Shown one piece after another: positions 1 through 12,690 of a stretch of DNA of 64,000 nucleotides. The position numbers and the translations under genes are program-made. The stretch is from the human T2T-CHM13v2.0 reference genome, Homo sapiens, in the NCBI RefSeq assembly GCF_009914755.1, contig NC_060945.1. One strand, given 5' to 3'. Each line of letters starts with the position of its first letter. Positions within the stretch are counted from its first letter, which is position 1. The notes under the pieces are model-generated. The model did no database searches, was not told the DNA's origin, and saw nothing but the letters and a program-made list of their open reading frames with translations.

Positions 1-251
1 CCCACTGGGGGAGTCACAGGTGAGCAGAAGCAGCCTCATACGTTTCCCTAGTGTCAGAGCCAGAGCTATGAGACAACCAGGCTATGAGCATCTAGGGTTT
101 TGTTGTGCTTTTGTGATCTCTGACTATCAGAAATATGGAGCGTTGTTCAGATATCCCTGCAACTCGAGGAAATTCATTTAAACTAAAGCATGACAGCTGT
201 CAGTGAGATGAAAGGTAGAGCTGAATCTGGAGCTCCTTCGTGCAGGCCTGT

Positions 252-633
252 CGTATTATTCCATTCTCATGCTGCTATAAAGAATTACCTGAGACTGGGT
301 AATTTATAAAGAAAAGAAGTTTAATTGGCTCACAGTTCTGCAGGCTGGACAGGTAGCATGGCTGGGAGGCCTCAGGAAAATTTCAATCATGGCAGAAGGT
401 GAAGGGGAAGTAGGCACGTCCTACATGGCTGGAGCAGGAGGAAGAGATCGAAAAGAGAAGGGCTACACTCTTTTAAACAACCAGGTCTAGTGAGAACTCA
501 CTCGCTATCATGAGAACAGCAAGGGGGAAACCTGCCCCTGTGATCCAGTCACTCCCACCAGGCCTCTCCTCCAACACTGGGGATTACAATTCCACACGAG
601 ATTTGGGCAAGGACAGGAATCCAAACCATATCA
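252..633 (-). mobile_element. MST-family (ERVL-MaLR) solo LTR
   Basis: Typical MST sequence (gagactgggtaatttataaagaaaagaagtttaattggctcacagttctgcagg ... ccaaaccatatca). Perfect 5-bp TSD CCTGT at 247-251 and 634-638. Confidence 0.92.
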
Positions 634-2994
634 CCTGTCAACATTTCCATCTCCTTGACCAAGTGGGAGTGAGAGACTCCTGACCCCTCTCCTGGAATAA
701 GGATAACATAACCCAGGGCTTCAGAGTTGTGAGCTCCATGTGCTAGCTTGTTGCAGCAAGTCTTGCAGAAGTTGAGTGATGGGGACAGAGACCCAGCAAA
801 GGCTCTCCTAGGAGAGCTGCATGATGCATTAACAGTGTCCACTACAGTACAGGAGCCTTTCAGGAGAGATATAAGGAGGAGTTTCCTGAGCAGGAAAGTT
901 GTTGATCACAAGAACAGGTGAGCAATGAAGACAAAACTAAACTGGAGTCACAACAACTCGGATATAAATCCACCCTGAGGCAGGGGACTGGACCCATTGA
1001 GCTGCCAGAGCCCTTATATATCTATAAGTTGACTTCAGAGAGTTTCAAATCCGATAGGACTTTGCAAGTACCATATCGAAGATAAAGAAGCTGATCCAAG
1101 GGAACGTTGGCCAAGCCCACTTTGCAGTTGAGAACAACATGGCTTAAAAACAGCCTGCACAGCTTCCTGGACGTCCCATCACATTTGCCAAATAGCATTT
1201 TGGTGAGCTGAGAATCAACGAATGAGAAACAGATGGATTTAATGTCCCTTGAAATTAGGGATGGGTGAGCCCAGCCACACTGTGGAATTGCTGAATGTCT
1301 CAAACTATTTTTTTCAAGTATCTTTGGTTCAGAAAAACCAAAACCATGGTTTTGCAAAGCACGTTTCCTCTCATTCATATGAGGGTTCGTGTATTTTAAC
1401 GGAAATTTGATCTGCATATTTCAACTTCTTTACACTTCACTTATCAAAATGCTAAATAAAATTTCCAGGAAGTCTGAGAAATATTTATAACTTTTTTTTC
1501 CAAACTATTTTATTTAGGAAAGGAAACAATGGGGAAGTTTGGAAAATCCTACAAAAGAGAAGGTGGGTTCAGGTGGAAGTTCACACTTTTAGGGAGTTCT
1601 ATGTCCCAGAATTACGCACATGTTAGGTGTGCAGTCACAATGTGCTCAACGAGTATATTTGAAAATCTCTTGAAAAGTGAGGGGAAAGGTGGGAAAGTTC
1701 AATAAGGACAAGCTTGAGGAAAGGCTGAAAAATACAACATAATTTAAAATAGCTTCTCATCTCTAATAGCCAGGCAGTGTATTCCTAGCAGCCATAAATC
1801 TAATGACGCAGAACTATAGCATTCTTGTATCATCCACCAGCATGAACTCCACCATTCAGATGTCTTTTCTCTTTATAAGACTTGTGATAAAGGTGCTTAT
1901 AGGATGCTCATGAGTGGAGGGATGGCAAGAGGAGAGGGTAGAAGAAATGCACCACAGAGGGTGGGTGGGAGCAGGCGGTGGAGTGAGTGCCCAGCGCCAT
2001 CTTTGTTTTAGAGAATGACTCTGACCACAGACTTATGTGTGAGCCCTGAAGAGCTGTTTCTACTTAAAGCTTAGCTTTCGGTTCCAGAGGACCAAGTAAG
2101 ACACAAGCGGGAGAGACGCAGTCATCCCATCTCTCAGGGAGCTCAGTCTGTTTGTATTGTGCTGGAAGCACAGTGCTTGCTCATCACCGACAGGCAGACT
2201 TCTGCTCATAGTGTCATTGGCAGAGAGTGCAGCAATGGACACTGCCCAAAAGGAGAGAAGAAGGAAAAGGCAACTCCTTGTGGTATCTGATTACGTTTGT
2301 CTCAAATGCCCAGGAGACATTCCCTGGGGATTCCCAGAAAAGCAATTTAAGATGGGGATTTGACAGGGAGCAATAATAATTATTGATACAATCTGAAGAA
2401 TAATGTTTATTACGATGAATATGCTTCTCATTTAAATCCCCAGGCTGGTGCAGGAAGCACAAACATGGATTACATATCTCTTTAAAGCCATGTATTTTCT
2501 GGCTTTTAAATTAGAAAACCCAAGTAGGGTTGTGTGGCAGTGACAATAGGAGTTGTCAAATATTCCTGGGACTCCCCCACATTTCCCAGCAGCCTTCCAG
2601 GTAGTTAGGTTGGTGGCAGTGATTGATCTGGGCCAACAGGGTGTGGGCATGAATGATGTGTGGCATTTTCTGACCAAGATAGTCAATTCTTCCATTCCTC
2701 CCTCCCCTCCTCAGAGATCTTGGTCTACAATTTGCCCAGATGTTTTAGCTAAACTGGACTTCTCACAAAGGAGAACTGAGCTTTTACTCTGTTAAACCAC
2801 GGTGATTTGGCGGGGGCGAGGGTGGGGGGTCTTGTTTGTTACAGTGGCTAGTGTTAACTAGCCTGATTAACACAAGCGTTAACTAGACTAATACAGGTTG
2901 TAAACTTACAACCTGTCATTATGATACCCTGATAGTAATAAAGCTGGTGGTTTGGGGTAAGATTCTCAGAAGTTTTTGAGAATATAGTAGTGCC

Positions 2995-3510
2995 TTATAT
3001 TAGTAATCTACTGCTGTATTAAAAACTACCTTAAGAGGTAGTAGTTTAAAACAACAAGCATTTATTATCTCAAAGTTTTTGACGGTCAGGAATTTTGGAG
3101 TGGCTTAGGTAGGTGGCTCTGACTCAAAGTGTTTCATGAAGTGCAGTCAAAATGCTGGCAGGAGCTGCAGTTATCCAAAGGCTTGATTGGGGCTGGAGAA
3201 TGCATTGCTCATATAGGAGCCCTCAATTTATTGCTGGTTTCTGGCTGGAGTTCTCATTTCCTCATCAGATGCTCCTCTTTGTAACGATTCTCAGGCAAGG
3301 GAAGCTAGCATCATTCAGACAGAGTAATCCAAGAGAGAAAGCAAACAGGAAACCACAGAATCTTTTATTGCCTAGTATCTCATGTTGCTTCCTCCCCCAC
3401 CTATTCATTAACAGTAAGTCACTCAGTCTAGCCACACTCAAGAAGAGGAGAATAGGTTACAGCTTTTCAAGAGGGTTTCAAAGAATTTGTGAACAGATTT
3501 TAAACTACCC
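2995..3510 (-). mobile_element. MLT1-type MaLR LTR (older F/G/H-like)
   Basis: Contains tttaaaacaacaagcatttattatctca...gtcaggaattttggagtggcttag...ggcttgattggggctggag and is homologous to the element at 46.7 kb. Confidence 0.8.
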
Positions 3511-5619
3511 CAGAGTGGGTACACCCCATTACCCCAGAGTGGGTTTGTAGGTAGCTAAGGGGGTAGAATGGTGGGTGGCACCTAAGGTGGGGGGTTCAGT
3601 GACCCAACATAAATCAGGCTAATAGAGTGTAATGGTGTGACTGCTCCTATCTTACATTATTCCTTAATCTCAACAGCGGATGAAGGGAACCCAGCCAATT
3701 CTCTTCAAGCAGCCTGGACTGGGCCCCTGACAAGCATCTGCATATGGAGATGCCAAGGTAATTTGAGATGGGGATTTTCTACAGGGAGCACAGAGAAATT
3801 CCTGGTTGCTTACCTCTGTGCATAGACATGATGCAGAGGAAATGAACTCTCATGAAACAGGACATTGTGCCGTAACCAGGCTTGCCCTGGCTGTATAGGG
3901 AGGTGAGTTCCGGCATTGTCCTCTGACATAGCCCCCTCCTCCCAACCTCCCAGCTTGCCCGGCGCTACATAGTGTGCTAATTGCTGATAGAAACCCTGGG
4001 AGTTTGCAGAGGAGGATAAGATAGATCCTACAGAAAGAGAAATTCTTCCCTTTGCATAAAACCTGTGCAAATGAAGCTGATCTTGATCTTAGCCCATGGC
4101 AGGGAATGGCAGTAACACTGGAAATATTGGCTTTGTGAAGGCTGGAATTTTTCATCTTTCCTCCTATATTCATAGTGCCTATATAAGTGTGCACTAAATA
4201 AAAAGCACCTTGCTGGTATTTTTTAATTAATTGAATGAGCTAGCATTTACCATGGAAGAAGGTGTGGTGGCATAAGAGGGTGACAGGAGTTCTAGGTCTC
4301 ATAGGTTCCTGATGCCAGAAAATTCACCAGCCCAGCCATACTGATGGCAGCCTTGCACCCTGAGGAAATGGTTGTGTGAGTTCCTATGAAACAATAACAT
4401 TGGGATCTAATCCAATTATGATATGACCCACTCTTGGCTGAGCCCAAAGTGGGATCTGCACCATGGGGCAGGGAAAGGACCAGAGATAAAGGCTCAGTTT
4501 ATGCCACTCCTTCTCAGGCTGATGGTGTTTACTTGCATAGCCATAAAAAGCAGCCACTGGGGACAGTGGGAGAGTGTGGTAAAGCTGGACATATTGCATT
4601 AGCTTGCTAATCACTATTAGCAGCAGTGAGAATGGGACATTTCCTTAGACTCCCCGGATTTGGACAGCAACAGCAGGTTCTGGGGCCACAGTGGTGGTAC
4701 AACAGAGCTCCCCTGAGCCGCCAGTGTCCAGAATGTGAAGTCCTCTAGCCTAGGGGGAACATAGCTTCTCCTACTAGGAACTGATAAGGAGGAGCCACAG
4801 CTCAGCAATGGGAAGGGTAGACTTCTTTCTCATCTTGGCATGGGCTTCCCTGGTTGAAACACCAGACTGGTGAAGCATGACATACTGGTTTGAGTTAGTT
4901 TTATTTTATCTTTAAGAGGAATTTTAACTGGACTATCACCCCCAGGAAATGTTTCATGTAAAGAATAGCCAAGAAGGCCATAGATTCCATCCCACCAATG
5001 ACACACAGCAACTGACCATTCACCCCCATATCCTGCACTGGATTTTCCATATGGCCAACTCAAGTACACATATTGCTTTACCAAGTGATGCTCATCTTTG
5101 CCTGCAATTACCACCGTGATTACATTTCTCCTCATTAGCCTAGATGGGAGGGTGCAGGGAAGGATGGTTGGATCAGGAGATCTAGTTACCATACTCCGAC
5201 GCTGAATTTGCTGGGTGGCTCTGCTCAAGTCAGTTGACCCATCTGTGCCTCCTCTCGTGGCCCTTGTTCAGATATGCAGTGATTCCATGACTGATTTTCA
5301 GTGTTGGTCTCAAGCATGTAGCTGCCACTTGGTGCAGAGCATTAGCATATCTTTGTAATTGCTAATGAGGGAAACAAAATTCCAGAAAAGCTGTTTGGAG
5401 GAACCTAAGAATAACACTATGAGCTAAGCATTCTGCCCAAACAAATTTTGTTAAAAGAAAACCAAATTATTATCCTTTTGCAAAATAATAGCAATAATGG
5501 CCTTAACTAACATTTGCCAGGCTCTAAATATGTATCTTGTGGTGTCTAAATATTTTACACATTGTTTTCATTCCCTCCTGTTCACCCCATTGGTGAGGGA
5601 GACATTCCACACTAGAATT

Positions 5620-6010
5620 ATGAGGATGACCAAACACATTACACTCGATGCTTAACAGATGCGATTGACGGCAGTTATTATTCACATACACTCGCAGCTT
5701 GGGAGAGGTGAACACAGCATGGGATGCTGGCCATACAGGGGTTGCCCTCAGGAGCAGGGTGAACAGGCAGGGGCTGTGGGTGGCAAGCTTTGTAGCAACA
5801 AGAGGGTGAGGTGCTCCCTGGTTCCTGCAGGAGAATGTGATGGGCTTTGAACAATTCCGAGGTTAGCAGGAAACTGATACCCACTACTCAGGGATAAGTA
5901 GGAGCTGTGCCTGGTCCACTTGATAAGGTGGGTTGCTTGACTGGAGCCTTATCTGCAAGAGTAGAATGGAGAGAGGCTCTTGTGGGTAGGTCAGTAGAGG
6001 TACTGCTGAT
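5620..6010. mobile_element. Probable old ERVL-class LTR fragment, family uncertain
   Basis: Resembles recalled LTR sequence (gaacaggcaggggctgtgggtggcaagctttgtagc). No TSD found. Confidence 0.4.
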
Positions 6011-6074
6011 TTGACCAGATTTGAAGGCAGCACACTATACCACGCCTCAATTTCAGCCTTTACATGACACACAC

Positions 6075-6245
6075 ATCGTATTATTTCATCATCGCAACAC
6101 TCCTATGAAATATCATTAAGCCTTTTTACAGATCATGAAATTGAGGCTTAAATGAGGCCAAGCAAATTGCCCAGTGTTTGCTAGCTGGCAAGTGGCTGAG
6201 CTGGTATTCAAAGCCAGGTTTGTTACTCTCAGAGTCTGACCTCAT
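6075..6245 (-). mobile_element. MIR SINE
   Basis: ttttacagat..gaaattgaggct..aaattgccca..gctagc..agtggctgagctggtattcaaagccagg is the reverse complement of the MIR core. Confidence 0.8.
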
Positions 6246-6920
6246 AAGCAACTGTGGACAGGTAGATGTAACAACCCATCTTAGACATGAATCAAGAAAA
6301 AAGAAGGACAAGGGGGGAACACCCTACCCCAAATAACCAGAGAGCTCAACTTAAACACACACAGTCTTTTGTTCTGTCCACCATGTGACCTCCTGAGTCC
6401 CACGCTACCTTCCACAAGGCAGCTGGGTTAATAAAGCCACCTCAGTGACCATTAACAGCAGCAGCTCTGCCTCACACTTTAATCAGTGGTCCCTGAAGTG
6501 CTTACAAGCCCAGCTGCTCGGGACACACTTTTGATTCTACAGCCTGGAGGAAGAGAAACCATCCAAGCAGATCAACCATTTCCCAGGTGCTTCAAATTCC
6601 CAAGGTCAGAGACGGCACCAGTCAGTCATCCTTTTGCATGTGGATGTTGGGTATGTCAAAGGGACTTGATGTTCTGGAATAAATTCCTTTACACAGAAAA
6701 GAGGCTTTAGATCTCTTTCAGTCCAAAACCTTCATTTTATGGTTAAAGAAAGTAAAGTGGCCTCCCCAAGGTCACAAAGTTGGTTAGGGCAGAACCTGCT
6801 TGGATCCCTTCCCTAAACCCTTTCCCAACTTCCTCCTCCCATGCACACCTCCCACTCTCAAGTGGAAGAAAGGAGAAACTCTCTTCCTCAGCACCCTTTG
6901 CAGTTAGGCTGACCATGTGA

Positions 6921-7358
<438 letters not shown>

Positions 7359-7770
7359 AGAAAGAAAGCATGGCGAAAGAGCTCTCTCACCATCCTCTCC
7401 AACCTCTACCTCCTATAAGAGCCAGTGAAGGACCTGAGGCTTGAAACCAGAGGTGTCTTTTAGCCATGAGGGAAAGTTCAGAGATGCGGACACAGCAACT
7501 CAGCCTCATGTGGCTGCTAAATCAACCCCCAAACTGCCCTTCCTGACTCCTCATTTCAGTAACAATTAATCCAAGTTTAAACCACTGTTAGTCATGTTTT
7601 CTCTTTGCAGCCAAACACCCTCCTCTGAGCAGCAGTCACTAGAGTTAGGCAGTGGGTGAATACCCAGAAATGTCACTCAGTAGCAACCAGACCCAGGGCA
7701 AGAAACTTTTCTCTGTCTCAGTTTCCTTTTTTGGAAAATGGGCATATATTTTTACAGAGGTGCTGTAAAG

Positions 7771-8311
7771 TAGTGCTCCCCAACCTTTTTGGAACCAGGG
7801 ACTGGTTTCGTGGAAGACAATTTTCCCATGGACCAGGGGTGTGGGGGTGGGGGAAGGTTTCAGGATGACTCAAGTGCATTACTTTTATTGTTCACTTTAT
7901 TCCTATTATTACATTGTAATATATAATGAAATAATTATACAACTCACCAAAATGTAGAATCAGTGGGAGCCCTGAGCTTGTTTTCCTGCAACTAGTCAGT
8001 CACACCTGGGGGTGATGGGAGACAGTGACAGATCCTAAGGCATAAGATTCTCATAAGCAGCATGCAACCTAGACCCCTTCCATGTGCAGTTCTAAATAGA
8101 GTTTGCTATGAGAATCTAATGCCGCCACTGATTTGACAGCAGGTGGAGCTCAGGCAGTAATGTGAGCAAGGGGGTGGGGGACGACTGTAAATAGAGATAA
8201 AGCTTCCCTCGCTCACCCATCATTCACCTCCTCCTGTGTGGCCTGGTTACTAAGAGTCCAGGACTGGTACCCATCTGTGGCCCGGCAGGGGGGAGTGGTT
8301 GGGGACCCCTG
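7771..8311 (-). mobile_element. MER1A hAT-Charlie DNA transposon, inserted in a MIR
   Basis: Terminal inverted repeats tagtgctccccaacc / ggttggggacccctg, ~540 bp. Perfect 8-bp TSD CTGTAAAG at 7763-7770 and 8312-8319. Confidence 0.92.
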
Positions 8312-8426
8312 CTGTAAAGCTTAAATATTTATAAAGATTGTATAATATTTTCTAGCTCACAATTGACTGTTAGCTATTATTATTTCATTATTCTCTCAGC
8401 CTACTTTCACAGAGGCTCTCCAACAC

Positions 8427-8590
8427 AGAGCTCCTCAAAACTTTTGACAATACAGATGAATTACCTGGCAATTGTGTTTAAATTCAATTTCTGATTCAAA
8501 AAGTCTGCCATGGGCCTAAGACTGCATTTATGAAATCTTTTAGGGTATGTCTGTGCTGCTGGTGCTCAGATCACACTTTGAGAAGCAAGA
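8427..8590. mobile_element. MER5A-like hAT MITE
   Basis: ttctgattca...ctgc.atgggcctaagactgcattt...gctgctggt..cagatcacactttgagaagcaag. Confidence 0.7.
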
Positions 8591-9344
8591 CTGTGGGACC
8601 CTCTGGGTCTGTTTCCTGCTAGTTCAGCCTTCTAGCTGGTGGATTTGCACTAATAGTATGCCCCAACCTTCTCGTTATACTCATGGAAGCTCTTTCCTAC
8701 AGTCAGACTGTCCTTACATCCAGCAGCATATTCATGAAATTCTAATTCCTGGGCTTAGCCAGTGACTCAGACCCTCCTTCTCCAGGTCTAATGGATGTCA
8801 CTGTCAATCACAATGTCACCCTCAAAGGCCCACGGTCTAGCCTAGTCAGAGGGAACTGGATGTACAGAAAGACAGGTATATGGAAGAAATCTGGGGCTTT
8901 TTGAGGATTTCATTCAAAGCAGGATGCAAAGGTTCATATACTTCAGGACTGGAGCCACTTGGGGGCCTTGGTCTCAGGATGATGTATGTTATGATAACCC
9001 CCAGGACTAGAATCCATTAATTCCCTTGATCCAGCACTGTGCTCCAGCCCTGGGACAGGCTTAAAGTTTGTCCTGACCCAGTTCATCTCATCTGCCTGCC
9101 TGTACTTCTGTCAGCTGCCTGTGCCAGATGTTTTATTCCCCTCCTTCCACTTGTGAAGAAGCTCAAAACCTGCGATGAGCTCTACTTCCTTCCAAGGCCA
9201 GTCTTGCCTTCACATACCTCTTCCCCTTCTTCTCCCTGTACTCTCTCCACTGGGTCTCCCCACACTCTTGCCCCCCAGTCCTGTGCTTTGCTCTCCATGT
9301 TGCTGAAGTTCACGTTCTTTCCTTCCAGATTGTACCCTCAATTC

Positions 9345-12130
9345 CTCTCAATCGATTTTGTGTTGCGTGACTACCATACAGTAGGTAATTCATAATGAAA
9401 AGATATTTATAAAATTTATTCTCACAGCTCTGAAGTCTAGGAAGTCCAATGTCAAGGTGCTGGCATCTGGTGAGTGCCTTCATGCTGTGTCATCCCCAGG
9501 CAGAGGACAAGAGAGCAAAAGAGAAGGAGATGGCCAAACTTGCTTTTATAACAAACCCACTCTCATGATAACTAACCTACTCCTGCAATAATGACATTAT
9601 TCTATTCATGATGGTGAAGCCTTCATGGCTTAATCACCTCTTAATGGTCCCACCTCTTAATACCATCACAATGGCCATTACATTTCAACACAAGTTTTGG
9701 AAGTGCAGTGTTTTGATTATTTGTCCCCTTCAAAAAGTATGTTGAAAAGTCTCAATGTAGCAGTATTAATAGGTGGGGCCTTTAAGAGGTCAGTGAGTCA
9801 TGCGGGTTCTGCCTTCATGAGATTAATCCATACATGAATTAATGGATTAATGGGCTATCACAGGAATGAGTCTGTTTAAAAGCCAGCGTGGCTCTCATTT
9901 TCACACCCTTGCCATGTGATGTCTTGAGCCATACTGGGATTCTCCAGAGAGTCCCCACCAGCAAGAAGGCCTTCGCCAGATGTGGCCACTCAACCTTGGA
10001 TTTCCTCAGAACTGTAAGAAATGAATTTATTTTCTTTATAAATTATCCAGTCTCAGTTATTCAATTTTAGCAACAGAAAACAGAGTAAGGCAGGAGGGGG
10101 ACATTCAAACCACAGCATTCCAACCACGGCCCCCCCAAAACTAATGTTTTTCTGACATACAAAATGCATTCATTCTATCTTGATGCCCCAGAAGTCTTAA
10201 CTCATTTCAGCATCAACTCAAAAGTCCAAAGCCCAGAGTCCCATCTGAATTAGAAATCGGGGAGACTCAAGGCATGATTCATGCTGAGGCAAATTCCTCT
10301 CCAGCTATAAACTGTGAAATTAACAAGCTACATGCTTCCAAAATACAATGGTGGGACAGACATAAGATAGACATTCCCATTCCAAAAGGGAAGAATAAGC
10401 AAGAAGAAAGAGATAATCTGCTTTGACTCCATGTCCTGGGCACTCTGGGGCAGGAGTTGGGTTCCCAGGAACTCAGGCATCCTTGCTCCTATGGCTTTGC
10501 TGAGTTCAGTCTACCTAGCAGGTCTCACGGGTTGGAGTGTGGCACCAGCAGCTCTCCCAGGTTAATATTTCAAGCTGGTAGCTCTACAGTTCTGGGGTCT
10601 CAGAAATGACCCTGGCTCCACTAGGCACAGCACAGCCCCTGCAGCAGCTCCAACTCCACATTTAGACTCAGCATTGCCCGAATAGAGCTCCCTGTGATGG
10701 CTCTGCCTCCATGACAAGTCTTTGCCTGGGCCCCCAGGTAGACTGTGACAGCCTTTAAAATCTAGGTGGAGGTCACTGTGCCCCACAGCTCTTGCATTCT
10801 ACATGCCTGCAGAATTAGCACCATGTAGATGCTGCCAATGTCTACAGCTTACACCTTTTGGAGCAGTAGATTGAGCCACAACTGGGGCCACTTGAACCAC
10901 AGCTGGAGCAGTGGAGAATCACTGCACCAGGATGTAAAAACAGAGACCCAGTGTGGCCCTGGACAGTGAGCCTGTAGAGGGCATCCAGGCCCATCCCCAA
11001 AAACCATTCTGTCCTCTGAGAGCTCTGGACCTGTCATTGAGGGCAGCTTTGAAGATCTCTGAAATGCCTTTGGGGTCATTCTTCCACTGTCTTGATGAGC
11101 CCTTCCATCTGTACGAGTCTCCTTACCCAACAGTTTGTTGGCCACACCCTTGGTTTCCTCATGTGAACACATTTTCATTCTGTAAATGGTCAGGCTGAAA
11201 ATTTAAAAAATTTTTCTGTTCTGCTTTTGTTTTAAATTATAAATTCCATCTTTAAGTCATTTTTCCCCTCTTGGATCTTACTATATGCAGTTAAAAGTAG
11301 CTGCACAACTCCTCCAATATTTTGCTTAGAAGTTTCTTCTACTGGATATTCTAGTCGGGCACTCTTAAATTCCACCTTCTGTAAATCCCTTGAGCATGGA
11401 CACAATTTGACCACGCTCTTTGCCATTTCATAACAAGGATGCTCTTTACTCCAGTGTCCAAAAAGATACCCTCTTTTTCCACCTGAGACCTCATCAGAAT
11501 GGCCTTTACACTCAGCATTTCTAACAACATTCTGATCATGGCCACTCAAGTAATCTGTAAGAAGTTTCATACTCTCCCTACAGCTCTCCTCTTCTTCTGA
11601 GCCCTCTCCAAAATTGTCCTTACTACTCTGTTTATGGAAATGTAGGCTTTTTCTAGCCTACTCTTCCAAATTTTTTCAACCTCTATCGATTGCCCAGTTC
11701 CAAAGCTACTTTCACATTTTCAGGTATTTGTTATAGTAACAGCCTCAATTCTCAGTACCAACTTTCTAACCATTTTGTGTTTCTATAAACACAGGTTGGG
11801 TAATTTATAAAGAAAAGAAATATATGCTCACAGTTCTGAAGGCTGGGAAGTCCAATATCAAGATGCTGGCATCTGGTAAGGGCCTTTGTGGTGTGTCACC
11901 CCCATGGCAGAAGGTGGAAGGCAAGACAGCATGAGAGAGCAAGAGAGCAAGAGGGGGTCAAATTCACTAGTACAAGCAGCCTACTCTCATGATAACTAAC
12001 CCACTCCGGCAGTAACAACATTATTCAATTCTTGAGGGTGGAGCCCTCGTGGCCTCATCACCTCTAAATACTGTCACACTGGCAATTAAATTTTAACATG
12101 AATTTTGGAGGGGACATTCAAACCACAGCA
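9345..12130 (-). mobile_element. Two-LTR MST (MaLR) element: LTR ~9345-10117, internal region 10118-~11760, LTR ~11760-12130
   Basis: Both LTRs share gaagtccaat.tcaag.tgctggcatctggt, ctctcatgataactaacc and the terminus ggggacattcaaaccacagca. The 1.6-kb interval resembles MaLR-int and ends ctcagtaccaa. Confidence 0.88.
9704..10092 (+). mobile_element. MST-type solo LTR nested antisense inside the left LTR of the two-LTR element
   Basis: TG...CA ends. Contains aactgtaagaaatgaatttattttctttataaattatccagtctcag. Flanks GGAAG / GGAGG form a degenerate 5-bp TSD. Confidence 0.85.
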
Positions 12131-12469
12131 CTCTCCAAACCTCTCTTAGCATCTTCTATAAGCCTCTAGTTTACAATATGCCAAATGCCACTATGGCCCC
12201 TTGTTTGAAACATGTTTGTCTCCCCAGTCACTGAGCTTTCTGAAGGCAGCAACAGCCTTTCATCCCAGATCCTCTTTCTGGCTGGACCCCTCCCCTGGCT
12301 CCACCCCAACCTAACATGCCTTCCAGGCACCTGTGTCACTCTGGAGGCGGAAGAGCACAGGCAATTACCTGTGTGATGTGTTTTTCCATCTTTGTTTCAT
12401 TGCCTTCATCAACCTTCTGATTAAGGTAGCCAGAAGCTGCTGTATGATCAAGTGAAAAAATAAAATCTC

Positions 12470-12690
12470 AGAATTATTAATCACTTCTAATGTGCTGGGC
12501 ACCCTGATAAGAAATTTATGTATGCCAGTTTAATTAATTCTTGCAACTATTATCGCTATTGGATTTCTATCATCTCCACTTTACAGATGCGGAAATGGAA
12601 GCTGAGGGCAGGTAATAGGAATATTGCCTGAGGTTCCACAGCCAGGAAGAGAAGCAGTGGAGCCAGGAGCCCAGCCTCTGTTAACTTCTA
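12470..12690 (-). mobile_element. MIR SINE
   Basis: catctccactttacagatgcggaaatggaagctgag..ttgcctgaggttccacagc. Confidence 0.75.

Noticed and set aside
1995-2004. YY1-like motif CGCCATCTTT
   Set aside because: Single short motif with no promoter context or other support.
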